Positions 54,874-64,000 of a stretch of 64,000 nt of DNA are shown piece by piece. The position numbers and the translations under genes were made by a program. The DNA comes from Histomonas meleagridis 2922-C6/04-290x (Eukaryota; Protista; Parabasalia), in the NCBI GenBank assembly GCA_020184695.1, contig JAANOX010000241.1, positions 62,001-126,000 on the forward strand, given 5' to 3'. Below the pieces are notes generated by a model that saw only the letters and a list, made by a program, of their open reading frames with translations, had not been told where the DNA came from and did no database searches. Every line of letters starts with the position of its first letter. The first letter of the stretch is position 1.

Positions 54874-56103
54874 TTATAAACAAATATTTGGGTTATCTGT
54901 CAAAAAAGGATTTGATCCCTTTTCCATCAAATAGATCTTAAAGAACTTCGACACGTTACTTCCATTTGCCATTTCCACTTTCCCAGTGAATGCAATATCA
55001 TTGTTTGTTCTAACGCGTAATTTTTCAACACCGATTTTGAGCCTTTCTGCGTTATAATTATAAAACAGAATCAGCGCTGGATAAATTTGTTTGTTAAAGA
55101 TGATTTTAACAATTGGATTTTTCTCAAATGTCGATTTCCCAATAAACATAAAATGTGGATCATTCGAATCTTTGTTCTTCATAAACAAAAGTTTCGGATC
55201 TTTATAGTTAGTACAGTTTTCGATGATAACTTCTTTGATGTCATTCCATTTAATGATCTTTCCATGTTCATCAAAAATATCAATGGCATTAATGCCAAAC
55301 ATGTTACCGCCTTCAAACGTAGAAACAACTTCAAATGATATACTTTCGGCAGGTCGAATTGGATATGTTCCCCATTTATCACTAAAGCGTGGATGGGGTT
55401 TAAGGCTTGGAAATGCTTCAAGAAGAATGTCTTTGGCTTGGCTATATGCGTTGTTTTTGTCTGTTGTGATATGATGTGGAATTGGAATATCTATAACAAA
55501 AGCTTTGGGAACTTGGCCACAAAAGATTTCGGTGGAGTTGAATTTGATTTCAACATCGCAAACACCACTTTCACAATGAGTAATTGGATTCCAAATTCGG
55601 ATGATTTGTGCTTCTGATTTTTTTGGAATGTAACAAATAATGGTGAACTGTGATGTTGGTGACCATGGGATCTCCCACGTGAATTCTTCTGTAGTTTTTA
55701 TTCCTGGTTTATGGAATAATGTTTTTAGATTTGATTCTAATTTGGGTTCTGAAATTGAAGAAATGGATGTAATTGGTATCGGCTGATATTTGCTTCCTAT
55801 AATACTTATATGTCTTACAGAAAGAAAATCAGGAGATCCCCAATTTGAAAGAAAATGAAATGTAATCAAATTAGAACTTGAATTCAAGGAATTTATCGTC
55901 CTTGGGGAATTTAAGCTCACTAATTGTGGCTCGTGATGAAGTGGCTTGAGATTTTCGGTCGAAAAATTAAGACCAATTAACTTTTTCGAAAATTTCCCTG
56001 TACTAAAGTTTGGTCGTATACCGCCTCTCCTTCGAAACCCATTTCTTATGTTTAGTGATGAAGAGTATTCTCCAATTCTTCCTTTTGGAGAATTTTTCAT
56101 CAT
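54874..56103 (-). CDS. KATNIP/KIAA0556-like (DUF4457) protein
   Basis: FLSNWGSPDFLSV and IRIWNP...GVCDVEI, with a second degenerate copy of the module. Confidence 0.6.
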   Translation of the reverse strand: MMKNSPKGRIGEYSSSLNIRNGFRRRGGIRPNFSTGKFSKKLIGLNFSTENLKPLHHEPQLVSLNSPRTINSLNSSSNLITFHFLSNWGSPDFLSVRHISIIGSKYQPIPITSISSISEPKLESNLKTLFHKPGIKTTEEFTWEIPWSPTSQFTIICYIPKKSEAQIIRIWNPITHCESGVCDVEIKFNSTEIFCGQVPKAFVIDIPIPHHITTDKNNAYSQAKDILLEAFPSLKPHPRFSDKWGTYPIRPAESISFEVVSTFEGGNMFGINAIDIFDEHGKIIKWNDIKEVIIENCTNYKDPKLLFMKNKDSNDPHFMFIGKSTFEKNPIVKIIFNKQIYPALILFYNYNAERLKIGVEKLRVRTNNDIAFTGKVEMANGSNVSKFFKIYLMEKGSNPFLTDNPNICL

Positions 56104-56401
56104 TTTGGTTCAACAATAGTGTAAAGCATTCAAAAAAGTACGAGTATTAATTCAAATTTGAATTTGTAAGATCGTCCTTCTGAAAAATCAAAAACACTGC
56201 TCTGCCAGTTTGGAAGAGGCAAAAACACAACTTTTCTAATTGCCAATAAACCACCTCATAACTTTTTGAGATAATTTTATATCAAAAGCATTTACATTAC
56301 AACACAATATTTTCAATATAATCATATTGAAATTTTTTGTCGCTCAGAACAACAAAACCGATAAGGAGAAAAAATTCAAACATTAAAGACCAATAAAAAA
56401 T

Positions 56402-56472
56402 TGCATCGCCCGGGAATCGGACCCGGACCCCCAGCTTGGCAAGCTGAAATTCTACCATTAGACCAGCGATGC
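56402..56472 (-). tRNA. tRNA-Gly (GCC)
   Basis: GCATCGC/GCGATGC acceptor stem, TCAGC-TTGCCAA-GCTGG anticodon arm, downstream T6. The T-loop reads TCCGATT. Confidence 0.9.
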
Positions 56473-56559
56473 TATCTGAAAATCAATTTAACATATTATA
56501 TATATATATAAAATTGAATTATAATTGGAATTCTTCCTAATTAGCGATTTTATGATAAT

Positions 56560-57700
56560 GATTATATATATGAATCATATTATCTTCTTGAAGCAATGAT
56601 TGAACAAAATTTACTTGAACCAAATATTGTAAAAAACATCCAGAATGCTTATTTTCTAAATTTTATATGATTTGCTAAATTATAAAGAACTTTCAAATAA
56701 TAATTGGGAATTCCATAAGAAATTAATTAGAGAAAGACATTATCCAAATGAAATATCGAAAATAATTCGAAATGATGAAATAGAAAAACTTCAAGAAATA
56801 TTATCACTAACAAATTTTGATTTTGATCAAACATTTGAACCATCACTTTATGAAAGATGTTCATATGTTAATTAAAAAATATGTTTCATTAATTGATTAT
56901 GCAGCATTTTTTTCTTCTATTAAATGTTTTAAATATTTACTTATGAATGGTTCAAATGTAAAAAATACAGGTAAATATGCAGTTGCAGGTGGAAATGAAG
57001 AAATTATTCATTTATGTGAACAAAATCATTCATCATTTAAAGATGCATATGAAGCAGCAATTGAATTCCATCAAAATGATATTTTTCTTATATTTATGAG
57101 GAAAAAACTTGTGGCTTTTTTTTGTTGCAACAGTAATTTAATACGAAATGTTATTTTTAAAAATATTTATGAGAATAAATTAGGAAAAATTAATAATTTA
57201 GAAAAATTAGGAAAGTTGTGTATTTTATATCATAATTATGCAATATTTTCATTTTTACTTAAAGAAGCAACTATTGGAAATTTTTTAGTTGAACATTTTC
57301 TGAAAGAGCATTGTATTCTGCATGATATTTTGGTATTTTCATCTAGATCAGAAAATATTGAACTTGTTGAAAACGAAAACAAGGAGGAATTGGTATTAAT
57401 ACTAAAGGTATACATATGTTATTTAATATTTGTTTTTATTATTTTGGATTTCAAAATTATAAATGGAAATTATTTAAATTATTTGAAACAGCACTTATTG
57501 AACAAGAAGGAATAATGTAGGTGCTAAAGATATTTATTCGTTTTATTTAACATTTACTTTAGCAATTTAATATTTCAAAATAATATTTGGAAATTATTTG
57601 AAACAACACTTATATGTGCATCTTCAATTGGTAATATAGAAATGGTTAATTCAAATATCAACCTAATTTCTTGGATGAAGAGGAATTGGGTTTATAAAAT
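56560..57700 (+). pseudogene. DUF3447/ankyrin pseudogene, locus 5, with two spacer elements (57416-57481, 57538-57596)
   Basis: Family motifs with frameshifts and stops, N-terminal loss and internal deletions. Confidence 0.8.
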
Positions 57701-58056
57701 ATTGAAGCTGTTCAAGTGGAACAGCCCATAAATCATAAAACATTTCAAGTTCTCATACATTATAACCATCTTGTCTATTGTCAATGTTATCCTTAAGCAT
57801 CAGCAAATATCAAAACTTTATCATAAGTTTCAGTTCCTAATGTATCTATACCAATAAATATTATACAACAGACGATGGTTGGATATCCAATATCAATAGA
57901 TTCTTGGACCCAGGTTCTAAATGACTTATAATCAGTGAATGGATTACCAGTAAGGCCCCCTAAGTTAGCTACGTAGTCATAGTTCATGGAGTCGAGTACC
58001 GCTATTAAACTTTCAGGTGTAGCACCGTTTTCATTTATTCCTGCAATATCAGATAT
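57695..58056 (-). pseudogene. Remnant of a bacterial-type C39-like cysteine peptidase
   Basis: ISDIAGINENGATPE...ESIDIGYPTIV...IGIDTLGTETYDKVLIFAD, then after a frameshift DNIDNRQDGYNV*...FYDLW. Family assignment from recall only. Confidence 0.55.
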
Positions 58057-58629
58057 TTATAATTTTTTAAATTGAATGATGCGCATGCAAAAGAAATACA
58101 AATTTCTAAAAAATGGTTCGGTAGATTTTCTTTTTTATTTTTAAAATATAACTACATTTGTATATTAGAATAATGTCGAATGCACTTCTCAATCTTTCCT
58201 GAGTTAGGCTTTTGATTTTTTTTCTCATTTTGATATATTAAATAATTCTACACATTGTGTGCTCTGATGAGCACTCACAATATTTAAAAAAATTAAAAAT
58301 ACTTTGAAATTTTGAGAAATTTAATCTTAAAAAAGTGAAAAAAACTTTTTAATTTTAATATAATATTATATTAAAGCATTGCATATTCGTTCTGAGTAGC
58401 CTATGTTAAGGAATAATAATTGATTATAAAATTAGATATTCTCATTTAGAAAGAGTTGCCCCATTTCGAGTGTAAATCCAAACGATTTTATATTCAAATT
58501 ATTGTATGTGTTCTAACATTTTTAATTTGTATACGCATTTTCACTTTTTCTATGTACAGCGCGTAGAAAAAAAAAACGAACATTGGCCAGCGGTTTAATG
58601 TCGGTGGTTTTGGTTATTTACTTCTGGGC

Positions 58630-60129
58630 ATGGAGCATTCTAAGGAGCCTCTAAAAGGCGACGAACTACCGCAGCCTTCCACACTTCCAGAGAGCAATAG
58701 TCCTACTAAACGCAGACCTTCAAGAGCTACACAAGTGAAGTCTGATATTACAAAATTATTTTTAGAACAACATTTTCAAAATGTTTTCAAAGAAAGTGGC
58801 GAATGCAAACAAAGGCATCGTCAATTCAAAGAAATCCTTCAACAAAGTGATATTAGCAAAAAGGAGAAAAAGAATCTTGAATCTGAATTTGCACGTGGAG
58901 AATCCAATATAAAACGAATAAGGCGTAGGAATCTTCGTGTCACGCAGTTTGAAAAAATTAAACTTATTGGACGAGGTGCTTTTGGTGATGTATATGTTGT
59001 TCGTGATAAAGAAGACAAAGAAATATATGCCATGAAAATTCTTCGTAAGAATGAGCTCATAGCTAAAGGTCAAATTATCAACACTTTAGCTGAAAGAGAC
59101 TTTTTAACTCAATCAGATAATCCATGGAGTGTTCAATTATACTATTCATTTTGTGATTCCAAAAATCTCTACCTTGTCATGGAGTTTCTTCCTGGCGGTG
59201 ATCTCATGAACTTACTAATCAAACGCGGAATTCTAACGGAAACGGAAACACGTTTCTTCATAGCAGAGACACTCTTAGCCATCCATAATGTTCATAAGAC
59301 GGGCTTTATTCACCGTGACATCAAACCAGATAATCTTCTATTAACCGCAGATGGTCATATTAGATTAACAGATTTTGGTTTGTCAACAAAGATGGATCGA
59401 TATGCTGATCCACTTGTGCAGCTTATTGATGAGCTTACAGATGTTATGCAAAACAAAGATGAACCACTTCAAGCTCGTACCACTCGTGAGAAGAAACGAA
59501 GAGACCAAGTGTGCTCTACTGTTGGCACACCCGATTACATTGCACCAGAGGTCCTTCTCAAGCAGCCATACACCAACAAAGTCGACTTTTGGTCACTTGG
59601 TGCCATCATGTACGAGATGTTATTTGGTGCACCCCCGTTTCTGGCCGATACAAACCGCGGAACCGCTCTTCGTATCGTTCGCTGGAAAGAAGCATTGAAA
59701 TTTCCAAAAGTGCCACCTGTTTCACATGAAGCTATTGATTTAATCAAGAAGCTCTTATGTAATCCTGAGGATAGGTTAGATTTTGAGGGAATTAAATCAC
59801 ATCCATTTTTCTTTGGGATTGATTGGGATAATTTAATGAATACACAATCGCCATGTATACCAACTGTCAAAAGTAAAACGGACACAGAGAATTTCGATGA
59901 ATTCGAAGAAAGATCTGATGATAGACAAACCTTTTCTAATGACGAAGAAGATGAAATTGCAAATTTGGCATTTATGGGATTTCAATACAATAAGAAAGCA
60001 ACAAATTTACCATCACAAGAAATGGAAACAATAAAATCGGGACAATTCTTGCAAAGGAAATCAGAAAAGGAAGAAAAGAAGAAAAAAGAAGGAAAGAAAC
60101 ATAATAAGAACAAGAAAAAGAAGAAATAA
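58630..60129 (+). CDS. NDR/LATS-family AGC kinase
   Basis: N-terminal MOB-binding-like region, IGRGAFG, HRDIKPDN, DFGLS, long insert, STVGTPDYIAPE, Lys-rich tail. Confidence 0.92.
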   Translation: MEHSKEPLKGDELPQPSTLPESNSPTKRRPSRATQVKSDITKLFLEQHFQNVFKESGECKQRHRQFKEILQQSDISKKEKKNLESEFARGESNIKRIRRRNLRVTQFEKIKLIGRGAFGDVYVVRDKEDKEIYAMKILRKNELIAKGQIINTLAERDFLTQSDNPWSVQLYYSFCDSKNLYLVMEFLPGGDLMNLLIKRGILTETETRFFIAETLLAIHNVHKTGFIHRDIKPDNLLLTADGHIRLTDFGLSTKMDRYADPLVQLIDELTDVMQNKDEPLQARTTREKKRRDQVCSTVGTPDYIAPEVLLKQPYTNKVDFWSLGAIMYEMLFGAPPFLADTNRGTALRIVRWKEALKFPKVPPVSHEAIDLIKKLLCNPEDRLDFEGIKSHPFFFGIDWDNLMNTQSPCIPTVKSKTDTENFDEFEERSDDRQTFSNDEEDEIANLAFMGFQYNKKATNLPSQEMETIKSGQFLQRKSEKEEKKKKEGKKHNKNKKKKK

Positions 60130-60800
60130 ATATTTAGGAATTAATGTATATAGAAATATATAATAAATATCAAAAACTTTTTATAATATTTTTATTTTCA
60201 GCAAAGCTTCAAAATTTGTTCTGTTTGCGCAAGAATACTGAATCAATTAACTGATATGCTCTACACATTGTAAAGATAGAAATGTTGAAAAATCTGTGAA
60301 AATAAGAAACAAAATAAATATGATTTCAAGAATGGAAGAAAACACGTTGATATATTAAATACTTATTTAAGTGCATTAATTTTTTAGAAAAAATTATTTA
60401 TTTCTTTAAAATGATATTTCATCTCTTTTAAGATAATATGAATTCAATGACTAAATCAATAATTTATAATTATCCTATGTATTTTTCTTTTTTTCATTAA
60501 TAATATTAAATATTTTAAACATTTGCTATTAATAGTTGATTATGTACTTGGCTATGATAGTGCTTTCTTGTAGTTAAGATAAATCTTCATATAAATATTA
60601 AACATGATACTCCATCAAATGTTATAAGCAATAAACTTACACAACCATGTGAACACATTCATATACATTGTATTTCATTACATTAAACAAGTGCTTGTAA
60701 CACAACAAATTTTATGCTGAGTCTAAAACTTTGTTTCGATTAAAACCCAAAGATGGAATTTTATAAATATTCAATATTTCCACTTTTTGAGTAGAAATAA

Positions 60801-61760
60801 ATGGCAACAAAATTAAGAAAAAAAATGAGGAGCTTTGTTTTTGATGAACCGATTAATAAATATTTCGACTATCCTTTTAAATTCAAAATCAAAAATGATT
60901 ACAGTCATACAACTTTCCTTTTTTCAGAACCAGAATTCGGTAATTTTTCAGGATCAATAAAATCAAAAATATATGAAAAATTTGCAACAGTAACATTTTC
61001 CCATCAAAGTGTTTCGATTATTCCGAAAGGTAATCTTTCATTTTTAACAATCTATTTGGATAAAAATAAATTGAAACCAGTACAACAAAGCAAAAACTCA
61101 CCAGTTGGCTTACTTTTAGATTATTTTGGCTGTAAGCTTTCTTTCAAAATCGACAAGCAATTAAAGATGGGCAACCATAAAGCCAGCGCTTTAATGTTTA
61201 TTGACTCAGTATCACAAAGTATGTTGCGTTTTATGTCCAAATGTAAAACACCTGCTTATGGCTTTTCTTTTGCACATTATTTGTTGATTGATTCTATAAA
61301 AAACATAAAATATCAGGAATCTCGCATTAAACTTTCAGCTTACAATGAAGATCTTCATTCAAGTCTTTTATTTTTCAATAACTCTATAACTTTCAATGTT
61401 CATAATGATAAACATTATCTTAGACTTGAAGTCAAACCATCCAAAATGATCATGGTTTCTGATGAAAATACAATAAGGAATGTAAAAGTTGGATTTCATA
61501 TCGAAACAGACTTCAGTAAGAAAATTCAATTCGGAAATTTTGATTTTATACCAAAGCTAGCGTTTGGTATAAAGGTTCCATTTTCCAATGGATTCGTTCA
61601 TGGGACTGTACATAAGAATAATTTTATCACTTTGAAAACATTCTTGTCATGTCGAAATAACATCAATTTAACATACTGTTTATGCACGCCATTTAAGGAC
61701 TTTTCAAGGGAAATGGTGCAAAACTTCTTTTCTGTTTCAGTTGATACAAGTTCAAAATAA
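60801..61760 (+). CDS. Hypothetical beta-rich protein
   Basis: 319-aa ATG-initiated ORF with no family recognised. Confidence 0.6.
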   Translation: MATKLRKKMRSFVFDEPINKYFDYPFKFKIKNDYSHTTFLFSEPEFGNFSGSIKSKIYEKFATVTFSHQSVSIIPKGNLSFLTIYLDKNKLKPVQQSKNSPVGLLLDYFGCKLSFKIDKQLKMGNHKASALMFIDSVSQSMLRFMSKCKTPAYGFSFAHYLLIDSIKNIKYQESRIKLSAYNEDLHSSLLFFNNSITFNVHNDKHYLRLEVKPSKMIMVSDENTIRNVKVGFHIETDFSKKIQFGNFDFIPKLAFGIKVPFSNGFVHGTVHKNNFITLKTFLSCRNNINLTYCLCTPFKDFSREMVQNFFSVSVDTSSK

Positions 61761-61826
61761 ACATCCGATAGAACAATATGTTAATTTTATATTAAATTTA
61801 TTAACTATAATATTTATTTATGGGTT

Positions 61827-62003
61827 TCATTCTTTGTTTTCTTTCTTTTTGTTTAATCCTTCTTTTGCACGTTTGACATTGCGGAGGAATTTGCTATTCA
61901 TACCTTTTGTAAACCAAAGTTGAACATTTCTGGCCTTTTTGATTCCATTACGGTGCCATTGGTGACTTCTGTTGTGGGCAGATGTGTTGCTTCTTTTAGC
62001 CAT
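61827..62003 (-). CDS. RPL29: 60S ribosomal protein eL29 (58 aa; absent from the ORF track)
   Basis: MAKRSNTSAHNRSHQWHRNGIKKAR...KGMNSKFLRNVKRAK matches the eL29 signature. Confidence 0.92.
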   Translation of the reverse strand: MAKRSNTSAHNRSHQWHRNGIKKARNVQLWFTKGMNSKFLRNVKRAKEGLNKKKENKE

Positions 62004-62690
62004 TTGGAGTGGCTGTCAAAACTGTTTTTTATCAACAACCGTCATTATGTCAGAAGAATATAAGGGTTCATTAGTTGCATTTTTTAATTGGTGGTCAGGC
62101 TTGATTGGTTATTTTTAAAAAATATATAATTTGCGCTTAGAAATACATTTTCATACCAATTAAGGGCATTTATAATCAACATCATTATTTATTAGCCAAC
62201 TGAAATTTTAGCATTTTCTGTTTTAAAACTATCATTTTTTTTAATATTCGATATAAAAGCAAAAAGAAAAAAAAAACATAAAGGCATCGTTAAAATTAAT
62301 GAAAAAAATTTAAATCAATAAAAATGTTTCATGTTAAAAAAAATTTTTCACAATAAATATCATAGGATTTGCTTGAAGTATCTTAAATACCTTTACTAAA
62401 TCATCATTGAGTTCATCATCTTAGCAATGAATGTCAATAAATTTCTTTTTGTAACGTCAATATTGAAACATAATGAAAAATCAACATCCTTATTATTGCG
62501 CAATTCGTTAACAAAAAAGGTAACCATTAAATAATTTATATATAATCAAGTATTAATTTTCATGAAAATTGTTCGAACGTCATTAATTACGACATAAACC
62601 ATTCAAAAACACATCACTTTTGTGAAACGATGGCCATAAAAAATTGACCAAAACCGTTTAGTTAGGTTGTCAAATTTGACAACATTTCGA

Positions 62691-64000
62691 ATGTTCTCAA
62701 GCGTGAAGAAGATCTCGCTTAGCCAAGAATTTAACAACATCTGCGTTAGGATTGGTGAATGCAAGAGTCGAGAAGAAGAACAACTTATTGTTAGCGATTG
62801 GATGAAAAAAGTTAGAGCAAATCTTGGAAAACAAAAGGTCAAGATCCAAACTCTCTATGAAAGCGTTGTTTCTCTTCTTCACCTTTCCCTTCTCGGTTAT
62901 GATACATCTTTCGGAAACATCCAAGCTGTCAATCTTACCCAAGAGAATCAAATGATGCCAAAAGCATTAGGTTACCTTGCTTGTTCTACACTCTTGGACT
63001 CCAAGTCTGACATCTTGATTATGATCATTAACTCAACTCAACGAGATCTTTCATCTGGCCATCCAACATCAATGGCACTTGCTTTGACAGCAATATGCCA
63101 TCTTGTCACAGCTGATCTTATCCCACCAATTATCAGCTTTGTTGGCCAAGCCTTAAATCATTCTGTTCCATTAATCAGACAGAAGGCAGTTATGTGCATT
63201 AATTCCTTCATCAAGAAAGACCCATCTACCATTATTGAGTACTTCCCAGACTTAATTCGACTTCTTTCTGATCCTGATCTTTCAATTGTTAATGCAGTGG
63301 TTAATTGCTTAACAACACTTCTTCGCAACACAATGAACATCCAGCAAATCTGTGAATGTCTTCCAGATGTTGCTAATGTTGTTTCCGCCATTCAACAAGG
63401 TCATGCCAAAACCGAATATATTCATCAAAGAGTTCTTGCACCATTTATCTTGGTTAATATATTCAAGTTCTTCCAAGTTTTAGCTCCACACATGCCAGAG
63501 CTTGCAGAAAATGTTGCACCATTACTTACATATGCGCTTCAAAACGGCACTAATGATTTCTCTGCGCCAGCGTCAGTTCTTTATGAAGCCATTCGTTCAT
63601 GCATTGTCCTTAATCTTGTTGATATTCCACAACTTCGAGGTGCGATTTCGATGTTCATGTCATCTGACAATCAAAACTATAAATACATTGGCATTGGACT
63701 TCTTCAATCACTTCCTGACTTTGCCGATGAATTCCAATCCACCATTATTGATTGTTTGGAACATCCAGATGCATCAATTCGCTTACGTACATTAGGACTT
63801 CTTCATACAATGGCCTGTGAAAGTAATGCACAAATCATTGTTGTTAATATGCTTAAATTCTTCCAACGTACAAAGAATGAACGAGTACGAACAGAATTAG
63901 CCGATCGTATTACATCTATAGCATCACAATTCTCTCCATCACCATTATGGTTTGCAAAGACTATGGAACAATTATTTGTCTTAGGCGGAGATAATGTACG
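62691..64000 (+). CDS. AP4E1: AP-4 complex epsilon subunit-like adaptin, 3' partial (absent from the ORF track)
   Basis: SQEFNNICVRIGECKSREEE, GYDTSFG-IQAVNL, LIRQKAV and WFAKTMEQLFVLGGDNV. Open to the window end. Confidence 0.8.
   Translation, partial: MFSSVKKISLSQEFNNICVRIGECKSREEEQLIVSDWMKKVRANLGKQKVKIQTLYESVVSLLHLSLLGYDTSFGNIQAVNLTQENQMMPKALGYLACSTLLDSKSDILIMIINSTQRDLSSGHPTSMALALTAICHLVTADLIPPIISFVGQALNHSVPLIRQKAVMCINSFIKKDPSTIIEYFPDLIRLLSDPDLSIVNAVVNCLTTLLRNTMNIQQICECLPDVANVVSAIQQGHAKTEYIHQRVLAPFILVNIFKFFQVLAPHMPELAENVAPLLTYALQNGTNDFSAPASVLYEAIRSCIVLNLVDIPQLRGAISMFMSSDNQNYKYIGIGLLQSLPDFADEFQSTIIDCLEHPDASIRLRTLGLLHTMACESNAQIIVVNMLKFFQRTKNERVRTELADRITSIASQFSPSPLWFAKTMEQLFVLGGDNV

Noticed and set aside
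176-63795. Numerous short overlapping or antisense ORFs in the ORF track
   Set aside because: They overlap well-supported genes in other frames and show no recognisable motifs.

Overview
AT-rich, gene-dense eukaryotic DNA, inferred to be from a parabasalid (trichomonad, Tritrichomonas-like). The inference rests on a GTATGT...CTAACACATAG intron, an expanded DUF3447/ankyrin family, Myb, BEACH and TKL genes, and a bacterial-type rubrerythrin. The window holds about 25 protein genes, two tRNAs (Phe, Gly), a degraded DNA-transposon remnant, several pseudogene fragments and an 8-kb surface-protein gene with about 400 hexapeptide repeats. The main observation is in the DUF3447-ankyrin genes at five loci. 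There, successive ankyrin repeats are interrupted at one fixed position (D-x-x | F-x-T-A/P-L) by a non-coding spacer, modally 68 nt (range 51-88). The spacer has no GT-AG and none of the trichomonad intron motifs, and it usually contains stops or frameshifts. Removing the spacers by hand yields stop-free 34-aa ankyrin repeats ending in a normal stop. I counted 19 copies. This points to an undescribed processing mechanism (non-canonical intron, translational bypass or DNA excision). All counts and alignments were done by eye, and no database searches were run.
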